From a virus, in the IMG/VR virus record IMGVR_UViG_3300033049_000013, positions 23,217 to 87,216 of that record: DNA of 64,000 nucleotides; one strand, given 5' to 3'. The notes below the pieces were generated by a model. The model saw nothing but the letters and a program-made list of their open reading frames with translations. It was not told the origin of the DNA and searched no databases. Made by a program: the position numbers and the translations under genes. Shown piece by piece: positions 50,400 to 58,624 of this stretch. The first letter of the stretch is position 1; each line of letters starts with the position of its first letter.

Positions 50400-50894
50400 T
50401 TACAGCGACATGATTGTAAGAGAAGCTACTAATGTAGCTATTACAGTACCTCCAATTATAAATAATGCTGTATTCCTTTTCTTTACTTTATGCTGTTTAC
50501 TTAATAAGGTTGAATACTTATTTAATGCTACAACGTTAACCTTATGTTGTAAGTCAATACTCTGTACCATTAACAAAGTCTGGTCTCTTTCCTCTTGTAA
50601 CTGGGTTTTTAAAGATATTATAACCAGTATATCTATACTTGCAGTTTGTTCATATGTCGATATAAGATCCCTTGCACTAAATAAACTAATCTCACAGGAA
50701 TTTAGTTCCGTTTCATAAGCTTTCCCATTAACAATTCTCTTGAGATTTTCTATATCATCTTCCATAGTATACACTACAGACAACTGTCCTTTATACATTA
50801 TTTTAGTGGGTGGAAAACTGTCCTGTATAGATTGCGTTCCGTATACTGTCCCACTTAGCATTAGTAAAATCAGTAAAGTCAATAATTTCTTCAT
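50400..50894 (-). CDS. Spanin-like protein (signal peptide, coiled coil, C-terminal TM), 164 aa
   Basis: MKKLLTLLILLMLSGTVYG signal without lipobox Cys; overlaps the upstream gene by 92 nt; near the amidase. Confidence 0.45.
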   Translation of the reverse strand: MKKLLTLLILLMLSGTVYGTQSIQDSFPPTKIMYKGQLSVVYTMEDDIENLKRIVNGKAYETELNSCEISLFSARDLISTYEQTASIDILVIISLKTQLQEERDQTLLMVQSIDLQHKVNVVALNKYSTLLSKQHKVKKRNTALFIIGGTVIATLVASLTIMSL

Positions 50895-51201
50895 CTCTTT
50901 TATATTTTTGGTTTAAACGCTTTACTTCTAACTTCTTAAAGTTTTCTATTTTTTGTACTAACTTTATATGTTCACTATCTTTTATTAATAGTAGACTGTC
51001 ATACTCTTCAATATACGTTTGTTCTAGTTGACTAGACTTCTTATATAACAGATTTAAAGAATCTATCTTCCTTTGCCATATTAATACCTCAGTTACATCA
51101 GTTACACAGTCAGGTGTATTAGTCTTACTTATAAAATAAGTTGTTGTTACATTAATTAGAAATATTCCTATTAACAGGAAAGTTAATTTTGTTGGACTCA
51201 T
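50803..51201 (-). CDS. i-spanin-like protein (N-terminal TM plus coiled coil), 132 aa
   Basis: LTFLLIGIFLINV anchor, KIDSL coiled coil; overlapping gene pair downstream of the amidase. Confidence 0.45.
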   Translation of the reverse strand: MSPTKLTFLLIGIFLINVTTTYFISKTNTPDCVTDVTEVLIWQRKIDSLNLLYKKSSQLEQTYIEEYDSLLLIKDSEHIKLVQKIENFKKLEVKRLNQKYKRDEEIIDFTDFTNAKWDSIRNAIYTGQFSTH

Positions 51202-51206
51202 ATTAT

Positions 51207-51821
51207 TTATTTTGGTAGAGTTATAATAAAATCTCCATATTTAGTATTAACTATGTTAGTTGGATTTACTAATACATCTTGTTCATTAGATGTATTCTTT
51301 AATTTCCAATTATCTGTATCTTCATCCTGTATTACTGGAAACCATTTTAATTTAAAGTTTCTATAAGGAGATGGCATAGCTCCTGCTTTATATGTGTTAT
51401 CCCAAGAATCTTTCATAATATAAGAATTATAATACTTTTCCTTTGTGGGTACTAATACTTCTGTATGAGTTAAATCATGTATTTTTTGTGTATCGTACAT
51501 AATAGAATCAACACGAGCATAAGCACCTTTTTCTACTAGAAAGTAATCAAACTCTTTAAAGGTATCTGCATTACGTCCCTTGAATAAATAAGTTGGTTCT
51601 ATCCATGGATTCTTAATACTTGTAGCAAATACCGTAAATGTAGACTCCTTATCAGATCTACCGAATATAATAACTACCCTTGCATGATTATCTTCTCGCA
51701 TAAAATGAGTAACAGCACCATCACCTTTATACTCTTTATGCTCCATCTCAGTAAATCCATACTCTTTAAATTCTACAACAAGTTCTTCTTGTGTGTAATC
51801 TATTAACTTTTTATTTTCCAT
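51207..51821 (-). CDS. Hypothetical protein, 204 aa
   Basis: Coupled ORF; EYGF and LFKG...EF motifs weakly like 53515..54069. Confidence 0.55.
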   Translation of the reverse strand: MENKKLIDYTQEELVVEFKEYGFTEMEHKEYKGDGAVTHFMREDNHARVVIIFGRSDKESTFTVFATSIKNPWIEPTYLFKGRNADTFKEFDYFLVEKGAYARVDSIMYDTQKIHDLTHTEVLVPTKEKYYNSYIMKDSWDNTYKAGAMPSPYRNFKLKWFPVIQDEDTDNWKLKNTSNEQDVLVNPTNIVNTKYGDFIITLPK

Positions 51822-52422
51822 ACTTTTTATTAACTCTTTCTATTCCATTAAATAATCTTTCTGCTAGTAAGTCTTGAAACGTATGATTCCAAATCAATTC
51901 GTAGTCCTTGGGATGGTCCATGAATCCACATTCTATTAGTATAAATGGACAATTAGTTTCAGTAAGTATAGTAAACCTAGCTTCTTTATCTTCATCCAAT
52001 TCATTAGTACCTTTACCTAACCTAGCTTTAATTGGTATGACATCCTTAAATGCTTCTATAAATTCTTTAGCTATGTAATCAGATTTAGTCTCTCCTGGGC
52101 TTGTAAATATCTCCCAACCTGTTCCACCGCCTGCATTAAAATGTACTGAAATACCATACGAATTTCGATTCTTACGGTATATATCATTTGCTCGTTTCAC
52201 CCGTTTTCTAAGAGATGTGTCCTCTAGTTCTGGAGATATATGGTAATACGGTAATCGAGCATAATCCATTCTCTGTATAGACTTATTAACTATCCATCTA
52301 TTCGCTACTCCTTCATACAATACTCCTTTATTCCAATCAGGACTTCGTTTGCCTCTAGTTTGATACTTACCATTTATAGTAGTACCATGCCCATTATCCC
52401 ATATCGTTGCTAATTTTTTCAT
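51811..52422 (-). CDS. N-acetylmuramoyl-L-alanine amidase (Amidase_3), probable endolysin, 203 aa
   Basis: DNGHG, LYEG, SLRKRVKRAN, ISVHFNA, ILIECGFM. Confidence 0.9.
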   Translation of the reverse strand: MKKLATIWDNGHGTTINGKYQTRGKRSPDWNKGVLYEGVANRWIVNKSIQRMDYARLPYYHISPELEDTSLRKRVKRANDIYRKNRNSYGISVHFNAGGGTGWEIFTSPGETKSDYIAKEFIEAFKDVIPIKARLGKGTNELDEDKEARFTILTETNCPFILIECGFMDHPKDYELIWNHTFQDLLAERLFNGIERVNKKYGK

Positions 52423-52651
52423 TTATCAAATCTTTTTGCTCTTGAGTTAACTCCTTCTGTATATCTATTATTTGAATGTTCTCAAACTTACCATTACTAC
52501 TCTGTACTACTTTAGGTTCTACAGGATTTCTAGAGGTATTCCAGCCTGAATCCCAAAATAAGAAGCCATGTTCTTTAGCAACTTTAATAGTGACATCTGC
52601 ACCTAGTTCTTTAACTATGGAAGCTATGTCCATTATAATTAAATCTTTCAT
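52394..52651 (-). CDS. Hypothetical protein, 85 aa
   Basis: ORF overlapping both neighbours. Confidence 0.55.
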   Translation of the reverse strand: MKDLIIMDIASIVKELGADVTIKVAKEHGFLFWDSGWNTSRNPVEPKVVQSSNGKFENIQIIDIQKELTQEQKDLINEKISNDMG

Positions 52652-53151
52652 TCTTTATCTATTTTACTGAAGTCTAATAAGTCTAATCTACCAGTGACTA
52701 GTGGATCATCTGTTTTGAATATTGTACCAAACTTAAATACACCAAAGTTAACACAACATTCTCCTGGTGATAAGTATTTAAAAGTAGCAGCTTCTAAGTC
52801 GCTTAATGAATTAAATACCTTACCGTCTATAATATGAGTTTGTGTACCTTTAAAGTAATTCCTGAGATTAATAGCAATACTTCCAGTATCTTTTAATGGT
52901 ACAGTAGTTTCTAAAAACCAGAATATATTCCTTTCTCTATGCCAATATAATACGTAGTGAATATTATCTACACTCCTTGAGAAATACTCTATATGCTTAA
53001 AGAATCCGAAGTTCTCTGTAGTAATATACTTTATTCCTAAACGTTCTATAACCTCTCTAGTTAACTGCTTTCTCTTTAACCTATCTTTATTATCCTTCCA
53101 ATACTCCTTAAGATGTCTTTTTAATCCTTTCTCTGTCTCTATCTTGGTCAT
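52648..53151 (-). CDS. Hypothetical protein, 167 aa
   Basis: ORF overlapping both neighbours. Confidence 0.55.
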   Translation of the reverse strand: MTKIETEKGLKRHLKEYWKDNKDRLKRKQLTREVIERLGIKYITTENFGFFKHIEYFSRSVDNIHYVLYWHRERNIFWFLETTVPLKDTGSIAINLRNYFKGTQTHIIDGKVFNSLSDLEAATFKYLSPGECCVNFGVFKFGTIFKTDDPLVTGRLDLLDFSKIDKE

Positions 53152-53515
53152 TCATAAATGTTTTACAAATAGTATATAAGTGACTCACTAAATAAGTCAA
53201 TGGTTCTTGATTCTTAGGGTCAACACGACTACCAATACTATCTAAAATATCTATAGCTATATGTACCACTTCATGTGCCAAGGTTGCTTCCTCTTCTATC
53301 TTATTATTACCTTTTCGTAGGAATATAAAGGCACGTCTTCCTGGTGCGTTTGTAGCCAATCCTAGTGATGATTCCTTATCCCATTCCAAGTCACCTTTAA
53401 AATCCTTATTAACCTGCTTTATAATCTTAGGCATAGTTTTACCGTAATAAAAATAAAAGTCAAAGTCATACGGTGCTACTTTTTGATTAAACTTAGTTAC
53501 TTTCCATTTCTTCAT
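53108..53515 (-). CDS. Small zincin-like metallopeptidase, 135 aa
   Basis: TLAHEVVH (HExxH) with downstream NQEPLTY. Confidence 0.65.
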   Translation of the reverse strand: MKKWKVTKFNQKVAPYDFDFYFYYGKTMPKIIKQVNKDFKGDLEWDKESSLGLATNAPGRRAFIFLRKGNNKIEEEATLAHEVVHIAIDILDSIGSRVDPKNQEPLTYLVSHLYTICKTFMNDQDRDRERIKKTS

Positions 53516-54069
53516 TATGCTGTATCTTTAATAAGACTATTATCCACATGTAATCCTACATTCTTTAATACATTCTTTAACTCATTATAGTTCAATAAAA
53601 CTCCATTAAATAATAATTCACTTTCACCAACTCTTCTCATGTATTCTCTTGGGTCTTTCACTTCAATATCTAATGTACTAATAGTAGTAATCTTCTGTAA
53701 GGTCTCAAACTGTATATAAAACTCCTTATACTTGTACACTTCATATTTCTTAAGTACATTAGTATTTAACTTAGCTTTTACTTCATGTGTGAAATAAGGT
53801 TTGAATCCCAATTCCTCTATGTCAGCCCTATCTAATATCTTTACTCGTAATTCTGCCAATGAACGTCGTACAAATAGTCTATCAAAATCTGCTGGACACA
53901 TAGTCTTAGATAGAAAACCTTCTTTATCATATATTTCATATGCTTCCTTTGACATAAAATCTTTTGGATTACCTGCCCAAGCATCTCCACCTTCATTATT
54001 CCATTTAACTTGATACACGAAACCAATATGAAATTCTTCAATAGAAGGTGTATAGTAAATTTTACTCAT
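53515..54069 (-). CDS. Hypothetical protein, paralog of 56023..56517, 184 aa
   Basis: YYTPSIEEFHIG...VKILDRADIEELGF...LFNG...NELKNVLKNVG. Confidence 0.65.
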   Translation of the reverse strand: MSKIYYTPSIEEFHIGFVYQVKWNNEGGDAWAGNPKDFMSKEAYEIYDKEGFLSKTMCPADFDRLFVRRSLAELRVKILDRADIEELGFKPYFTHEVKAKLNTNVLKKYEVYKYKEFYIQFETLQKITTISTLDIEVKDPREYMRRVGESELLFNGVLLNYNELKNVLKNVGLHVDNSLIKDTA

Positions 54070-54088
54070 TATTGCTATTAATTTATAA

Positions 54089-54120
54089 TAGTAAAGCCAA
54101 CATTACTGCTGGCTTTACTA
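54089..54120 (-). terminator. Intergenic hairpin / terminator
   Basis: Minus strand TAGTAAAGCCAGCA-GTAA-TGTTGGCTTTACTA. Confidence 0.7.
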
Positions 54121-54143
54121 CTTTGTTTGTTAAGTTATTTGTT

Positions 54144-54632
54144 TTATACGCCTGTGTAGATAATATAATTAGCTGTACCAAATGACGGTGTAATATCTAT
54201 AGCTTGTCCACTACCTACTGTAGCTATAGAGTTACTACTCATAGAAGCATTAGGAGATGTTCCACTTGAGTATTCATTATCGAATGACCCTGTATTGGCT
54301 AGTATACTACTCTCAGGGTCATTAGTATTACCTGCTATAGTAGTTACATTAAGTGCATGGTTATGTGCTGGTAATTGACTTACAGATAAGTTAATTGAAT
54401 CAGCTCCACCTGTAGTACCTAAAGTTTTCTGCATTACAGTTTTACCATTATAATCAGGTAAGTTAAACATACCACTGTTTTGTTGATTTACAGTATAGAC
54501 ATCGCCTACTACACTATATACATTCGCATGACGAATCTTATCTAAAGATTGTCCATCACATTTTACCCAAAACATTGGGATATTATCACTTGGATATAGC
54601 ACTATTTGTCCTACTAAAAAATTGCAATTCAT
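54144..54632 (-). CDS. Phage tail-collar domain protein, 162 aa
   Basis: VGQIVLY...WVKCDGQSL...FNLPD...GTTGG..SINLSVSQLPAHNH...NYII. Confidence 0.85.
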   Translation of the reverse strand: MNCNFLVGQIVLYPSDNIPMFWVKCDGQSLDKIRHANVYSVVGDVYTVNQQNSGMFNLPDYNGKTVMQKTLGTTGGADSINLSVSQLPAHNHALNVTTIAGNTNDPESSILANTGSFDNEYSSGTSPNASMSSNSIATVGSGQAIDITPSFGTANYIIYTGV

Positions 54633-54662
54633 ATTAATTGTATTTAAGTTGTGTTTAAGTTA

Positions 54663-55355
54663 TTAAATTGAGTTTATAAACTCATGTAGTTTTTTATTCC
54701 AATTTGCATCATCTAATGCATTATGTTCATTATCTTGTTTAGGATATTTGTCACACGCTTTAATTCTATCTAATAGTTCATCTGAAGAGGGTGACATCAT
54801 ATACATCCAAACTTCCCCAGTAATTGTGTTAACGTGTGTATAATCTAATGTATCTACCTTAGCATCTAATAACTGTTTCAAATCAATACAGTACATCGGA
54901 AACTCTTTAGGTAAATCAATCATCCTTCCGAATAGCCAACAGAATACAACCCAATCATAGTCAGCATAGTAGCCATAGAAGTGAATAGGTCCTAATTTTT
55001 TAAGCCTAGGAAACCTCTTGTCTATACCTACTTTGGCTATAAACTCAATTATTTTATCTGCTATCTGATTGTTAGTTAAGCCTACGTTTATACAGTAAGT
55101 ATCAGCGTTACCTAGTATTAATTCCCTAAAGCCTTCTTTGGTAAATGTAGTTTCTTTATAGGTATCTCTAAAGATACTGTGTAAGACGTTATCCTTAAGC
55201 CAATCATTGTCCCATGCTGCATCAATATCAAACTCTGAAGATATAAGGTAAAGTTCAGAACCATCTTCTGTTACTATACCAATCGAGATAAGTTCTATTG
55301 TATTAATCCCATCTTTCTTATACTCGTGAAACTCTGTATCTATATAATAATTCAT
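54663..55355 (-). CDS. DEDDh 3'-5' exo(ribo)nuclease (Rv2179c-like), 230 aa
   Basis: YIDTEF, ELISIGIV, YADYDW, IDLKQ, EHNALDDA. Confidence 0.85.
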   Translation of the reverse strand: MNYYIDTEFHEYKKDGINTIELISIGIVTEDGSELYLISSEFDIDAAWDNDWLKDNVLHSIFRDTYKETTFTKEGFRELILGNADTYCINVGLTNNQIADKIIEFIAKVGIDKRFPRLKKLGPIHFYGYYADYDWVVFCWLFGRMIDLPKEFPMYCIDLKQLLDAKVDTLDYTHVNTITGEVWMYMMSPSSDELLDRIKACDKYPKQDNEHNALDDANWNKKLHEFINSI

Positions 55356-55378
55356 TCCGTAAATTTTATATCTTCGTA

Positions 55379-56023
55379 CTACTTAATATAAGTATTCTCT
55401 ACTTCCCTATCTTTTCTATCAAATCTACGTTTCATTATCCACATCTGAGCTTCTTCTAATTTAGTAACTACTATAGATGTCTCACGACAAGGTACTTCCA
55501 TTTGTAGTTGCTTCATATTATGGATAAGCATATTAAGTAAACATTCTGTAGTAATACCATCTTGTGCTGGTCTAACTTGTTCTACATCAATAGATGCTAT
55601 GTAAGCATTCTCAGGTAAGTTATCTTTTATTAACTTTGTAGCATTAGCTCCTAGTACTTGCTTGTACGTAGCTCGTATAGCTTTAATACCCTCATCCATA
55701 ATACTTAGCTGGTAATACTCAGTACCTTTAACTAGAGTAGCATGTACCTTCTGAATCTTCTCTGACTCTAACTCAAAGGATTCAATTACCTCTCTATCAG
55801 CATTCTTATAATTCCATTGTTTAGGTGTACCTTCTTTATCGTACTCTAATTCTAGAATAGCAATAGGATAATCAGTCTTAGTACCTTTAACAAAGTTTAT
55901 AGCTAAACCTTCCTTATCTACTAATACTAATCCTTTACCTTTTTCTACTTTAAAGGTTGGTAGTACATAACTTGCACCATTCTTTACTATTCCGAATGTT
56001 CCGTTAGGATCTATTTTATTCAT
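55379..56023 (-). CDS. Tad1-like anti-defence (cyclic-nucleotide sponge) protein with internal insertion, 214 aa
   Basis: QDGITTECLL...PCRETSIVVTKLEEAQMWIMKRRFDRKDREVENTY closely follows the Tad1 C-terminal pattern (CRExxxAxTKLEEAxxWxxKRxxxRxxRxVEGT). Confidence 0.7.
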   Translation of the reverse strand: MNKIDPNGTFGIVKNGASYVLPTFKVEKGKGLVLVDKEGLAINFVKGTKTDYPIAILELEYDKEGTPKQWNYKNADREVIESFELESEKIQKVHATLVKGTEYYQLSIMDEGIKAIRATYKQVLGANATKLIKDNLPENAYIASIDVEQVRPAQDGITTECLLNMLIHNMKQLQMEVPCRETSIVVTKLEEAQMWIMKRRFDRKDREVENTYIK

Positions 56024-56517
56024 TATACTCGTTCTTTAAATTTATTTTTACGTGTCTCATTATATAAAATACCTACTTGCATTAGGAGTCTTTTTAATTC
56101 CATTATGTCAAGTACCTGTCCAGTAAATAGTTTATCTAAGTCTGAAGAATCACTTCTACTTAATTCTTCATAAATATCCACTCTACCAGAGTCTTTATAG
56201 AACAAGATATAAAACTTACCATACTTTAGTATTTGGCTATCTCCTGATTCCACAAATCCTATCTCATCTTTTTTAGCATCTATAAATCCAAAAGATTTAA
56301 TATCTTCTACATCTAAATGCTTTATCTTATAAAACGGTTTCCTATCCTCAAATCTTTTTAAATTTATTAATACTTCTAAAAAATGATAGTGATTACCTGT
56401 AAGCGTAAAATGCGCTTCAGAGAGAATGGATGCTCGCCAATTGCCAACATCCCCTATTCTCTGATTATATACACTACCAATAAAGAAATCTTCTAACTTG
56501 GCTCTATAGTAACTCAT
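56023..56517 (-). CDS. Hypothetical protein, paralog of 53515..54069, 164 aa
   Basis: YYRAKLEDFFIG...IKHLDVEDIKSFGF...LFTG...MELKRLLMQVG. Confidence 0.65.
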   Translation of the reverse strand: MSYYRAKLEDFFIGSVYNQRIGDVGNWRASILSEAHFTLTGNHYHFLEVLINLKRFEDRKPFYKIKHLDVEDIKSFGFIDAKKDEIGFVESGDSQILKYGKFYILFYKDSGRVDIYEELSRSDSSDLDKLFTGQVLDIMELKRLLMQVGILYNETRKNKFKERV

Positions 56518-57236
56518 TATTTATTATTTTGATATACTTGGTAAGCTGATGTAGTTCCTAAGAATGATTCAGGATTCTTTATAAGTCCTTCAATTAAACT
56601 GTGATGAATCTTAACATAACCTTCCCAGTTGTTGATTCTAAATTGCTCAGGATTCTTAATGAAATCTCTTTTTTGCTTATTAATATAAAATCTCTTATCC
56701 GCAAACATGAAATGTTCTAAATGAATAATATCTCCTACACTTAATACCTTATAGTTTGAAGCTAAGGAAATAGCTGTCTTTCTTAACTCGTTATGGTCTT
56801 TCTCTAATTCCATAGTAACTAAAGGTGACATTGCTACAATTACTCCAGTGAACACAAATGGTAATGGATTATCCATCCAGTTCGCAGGATTAGAATTATG
56901 CATTCTACCATCTACTTGACTAATCCAAGCATCATACGTAACTGACTTATCGGCGTACTCTACTACATCCTTAATATAATTTTCTTTATGCAATCGAATG
57001 ATAACATTTCTACCAGTTAACTGAAAGTCATTAAAGAATGGATCAATGATGTTACAAGTCTCACTGTTATATGTATCAATAGCCAATTGCTTAGTTACTG
57101 TTCTTTCCTTAGCTATCTCTGCTAGCTTTGTAGCATTAGCTCCGTTAGGATTCTTTAAGATATTAGCTTGTGCATTAGTCATTGCTTTAGATGCACCTGT
57201 TATCTTCGTATTAATTAATGGTTTCTTAATAGCCAT
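56517..57236 (-). CDS. Divergent GroES-like co-chaperonin, 239 aa
   Basis: LTGRNVIIRL / FTGVIVAMSP / LSVGDIIHL occur in the order of the GroES motifs PLxDRVxV / GxVxAVG / VKVGDxV, with N-terminal and loop extensions. Confidence 0.55.
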   Translation of the reverse strand: MAIKKPLINTKITGASKAMTNAQANILKNPNGANATKLAEIAKERTVTKQLAIDTYNSETCNIIDPFFNDFQLTGRNVIIRLHKENYIKDVVEYADKSVTYDAWISQVDGRMHNSNPANWMDNPLPFVFTGVIVAMSPLVTMELEKDHNELRKTAISLASNYKVLSVGDIIHLEHFMFADKRFYINKQKRDFIKNPEQFRINNWEGYVKIHHSLIEGLIKNPESFLGTTSAYQVYQNNK

Positions 57237-57244
57237 AATGTACT

Positions 57245-57481
57245 TTATTTTTTAAAATTGTTTTTAAATTCTTCTAGTTGTTTTTTCTCTTCCTCTGTAC
57301 ATCTCTTACTCATTAAAGTAAAAGAACCCAATTTAGGAAATAGTACAGAAGGATAATTAAGTTCCTTCATCTGGAGTCGCATAAACGCAGTAGCATTATA
57401 TAATACCGCTTTTACAGCTTCTTCTTTACTATTAGTAGCCAATGCTACTCTTTCTATTACAGGCTTTAATTTACTATCCAT
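57245..57481 (-). CDS. HU/IHF-like DNA-binding protein, 78 aa
   Basis: IERVALATN..EEAVKAVL...SVLFPKLGSFTL. Confidence 0.65.
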   Translation of the reverse strand: MDSKLKPVIERVALATNSKEEAVKAVLYNATAFMRLQMKELNYPSVLFPKLGSFTLMSKRCTEEEKKQLEEFKNNFKK

Positions 57482-58064
57482 TCTCTGCTATAAAACATTT
57501 AAATAAGTAATCAAACGTAGCAAATCCTTTGTTCTTTAATTGTCGCTTGATTATATGTCTAACTCTTTGGAAGTTAGCGTTAGGAACAATAAGTCTATCT
57601 TCTATCTCTACTAAGTATCCTTTATCTCTAAGTCTCTTTACAGATTGGTAGATAGAGTTAGCTGTTCTAATATTCTTACCATCACTCAACTCATCAGCAA
57701 TATCAGTTAGCTTACCATCCTTAGAATCAATAGGTAAACTAAAATCTAAATCCTTAGCCATAATTGCAGCTAAAACTAATAACTGTGTAGCAGCAATAGT
57801 ATCCTTAGCTATAATATTATTAATAGTACAAAATAAGTAATAGAATGTAAATTCGTCTACAGTGTTGTTAGGCTTAACTATAGCCTCGTTTGTCTCAGGG
57901 TCATAAGCAGTCTCTTCAACTTCTCCAAAACAAATCACATTAACGTTGTTACTTACCTTATGGTCTTTATGATATTTAACTAGCCATTTCTTCTCTACAG
58001 AGTCAGTGGTATTTTCCTCTAATACTGTCTTTAGTTTCTCATTAGTAATTGTATTTTCTTTCAT
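57474..58064 (-). CDS. Winged-HTH DNA-binding protein, 196 aa; first gene of the minus-strand module
   Basis: DIADELS...ANSIYQSVKRLRDKGYLVE..DRLIVPN. Confidence 0.65.
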   Translation of the reverse strand: MKENTITNEKLKTVLEENTTDSVEKKWLVKYHKDHKVSNNVNVICFGEVEETAYDPETNEAIVKPNNTVDEFTFYYLFCTINNIIAKDTIAATQLLVLAAIMAKDLDFSLPIDSKDGKLTDIADELSDGKNIRTANSIYQSVKRLRDKGYLVEIEDRLIVPNANFQRVRHIIKRQLKNKGFATFDYLFKCFIAENG

Positions 58065-58086
58065 CTTTTTCCCTTTTAGTGTACTA

Positions 58087-58094
58087 CAAAGATA
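58087..58094 (-). promoter_or_regulatory. Bacteroidota sigmaA-type -7 element (TATCTTTG) for the minus-strand module
   Basis: TAnnTTTG 23 nt upstream of ATG 58064. Confidence 0.5.
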
Positions 58095-58436
58095 ACATAA
58101 AAGATAAACATAAACCTTTCGAGTATAAATAAAGTATGGTCGAATCTATTTAAACCTATTTTAATTCTGGTAATGGGTAGTATCCTTTCGTTAGAAAGAA
58201 GAATCTATTGTAATCGAGTAGAAAATAAAATATCATTTTTACATGAGGTACGATTTTAATCCCTACTGAGCAAGCCAAAATTCTATCACATAATTCCCAC
58301 ATCTTACAAGAGGTGAATTGACTATTATAGTATATCAATAAACTTCTAATACTAGGTATCGAATTTTTTATTTTTTAAAATAAAAAGTGTTTATGCGATT
58401 GAGTCAGTACCTACTAATAAAAAACCCTCCCCTGCC

Positions 58437-58444
58437 TAAATTTG
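58437..58444 (+). promoter_or_regulatory. Possible -7 element (TAAATTTG) for the + strand early region
   Basis: TAnnTTTG match, flanked by C-rich runs; no -33 TTTG at canonical spacing. Confidence 0.35.
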
Positions 58445-58624
58445 TCGAGCTTACCCCGTGCCTTCATAGAGAATATTCTAATTTTCGGTCAATCATAATT
58501 AATCAATAATTATGAGAAATCTGAGATGTCGGAGTGTTTTTCTACGAAAAACGTAGTAGTTCGGTATCCATTACTCAATAATTATTCTAACTGGAACAAA
58601 TATGTTCCATCAAAAACAAACAAC

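Noticed and set aside
3124-57255. Many short + strand ORFs antisense to the virion module (e.g. 3124..3555, 14993..15334, 37694..38071, 46065..46400)
   Set aside because: They are shadows of long minus-strand genes, with Ser/Leu/Ile-rich antisense composition and no leaders
58526-58624. N-terminal 33 aa of the 389-aa ORF, and a tRNA-like look (GTTCG...CCA)
   Set aside because: ATG 58625 has the better A-rich leader; the segment forms simple stems, not a cloverleaf
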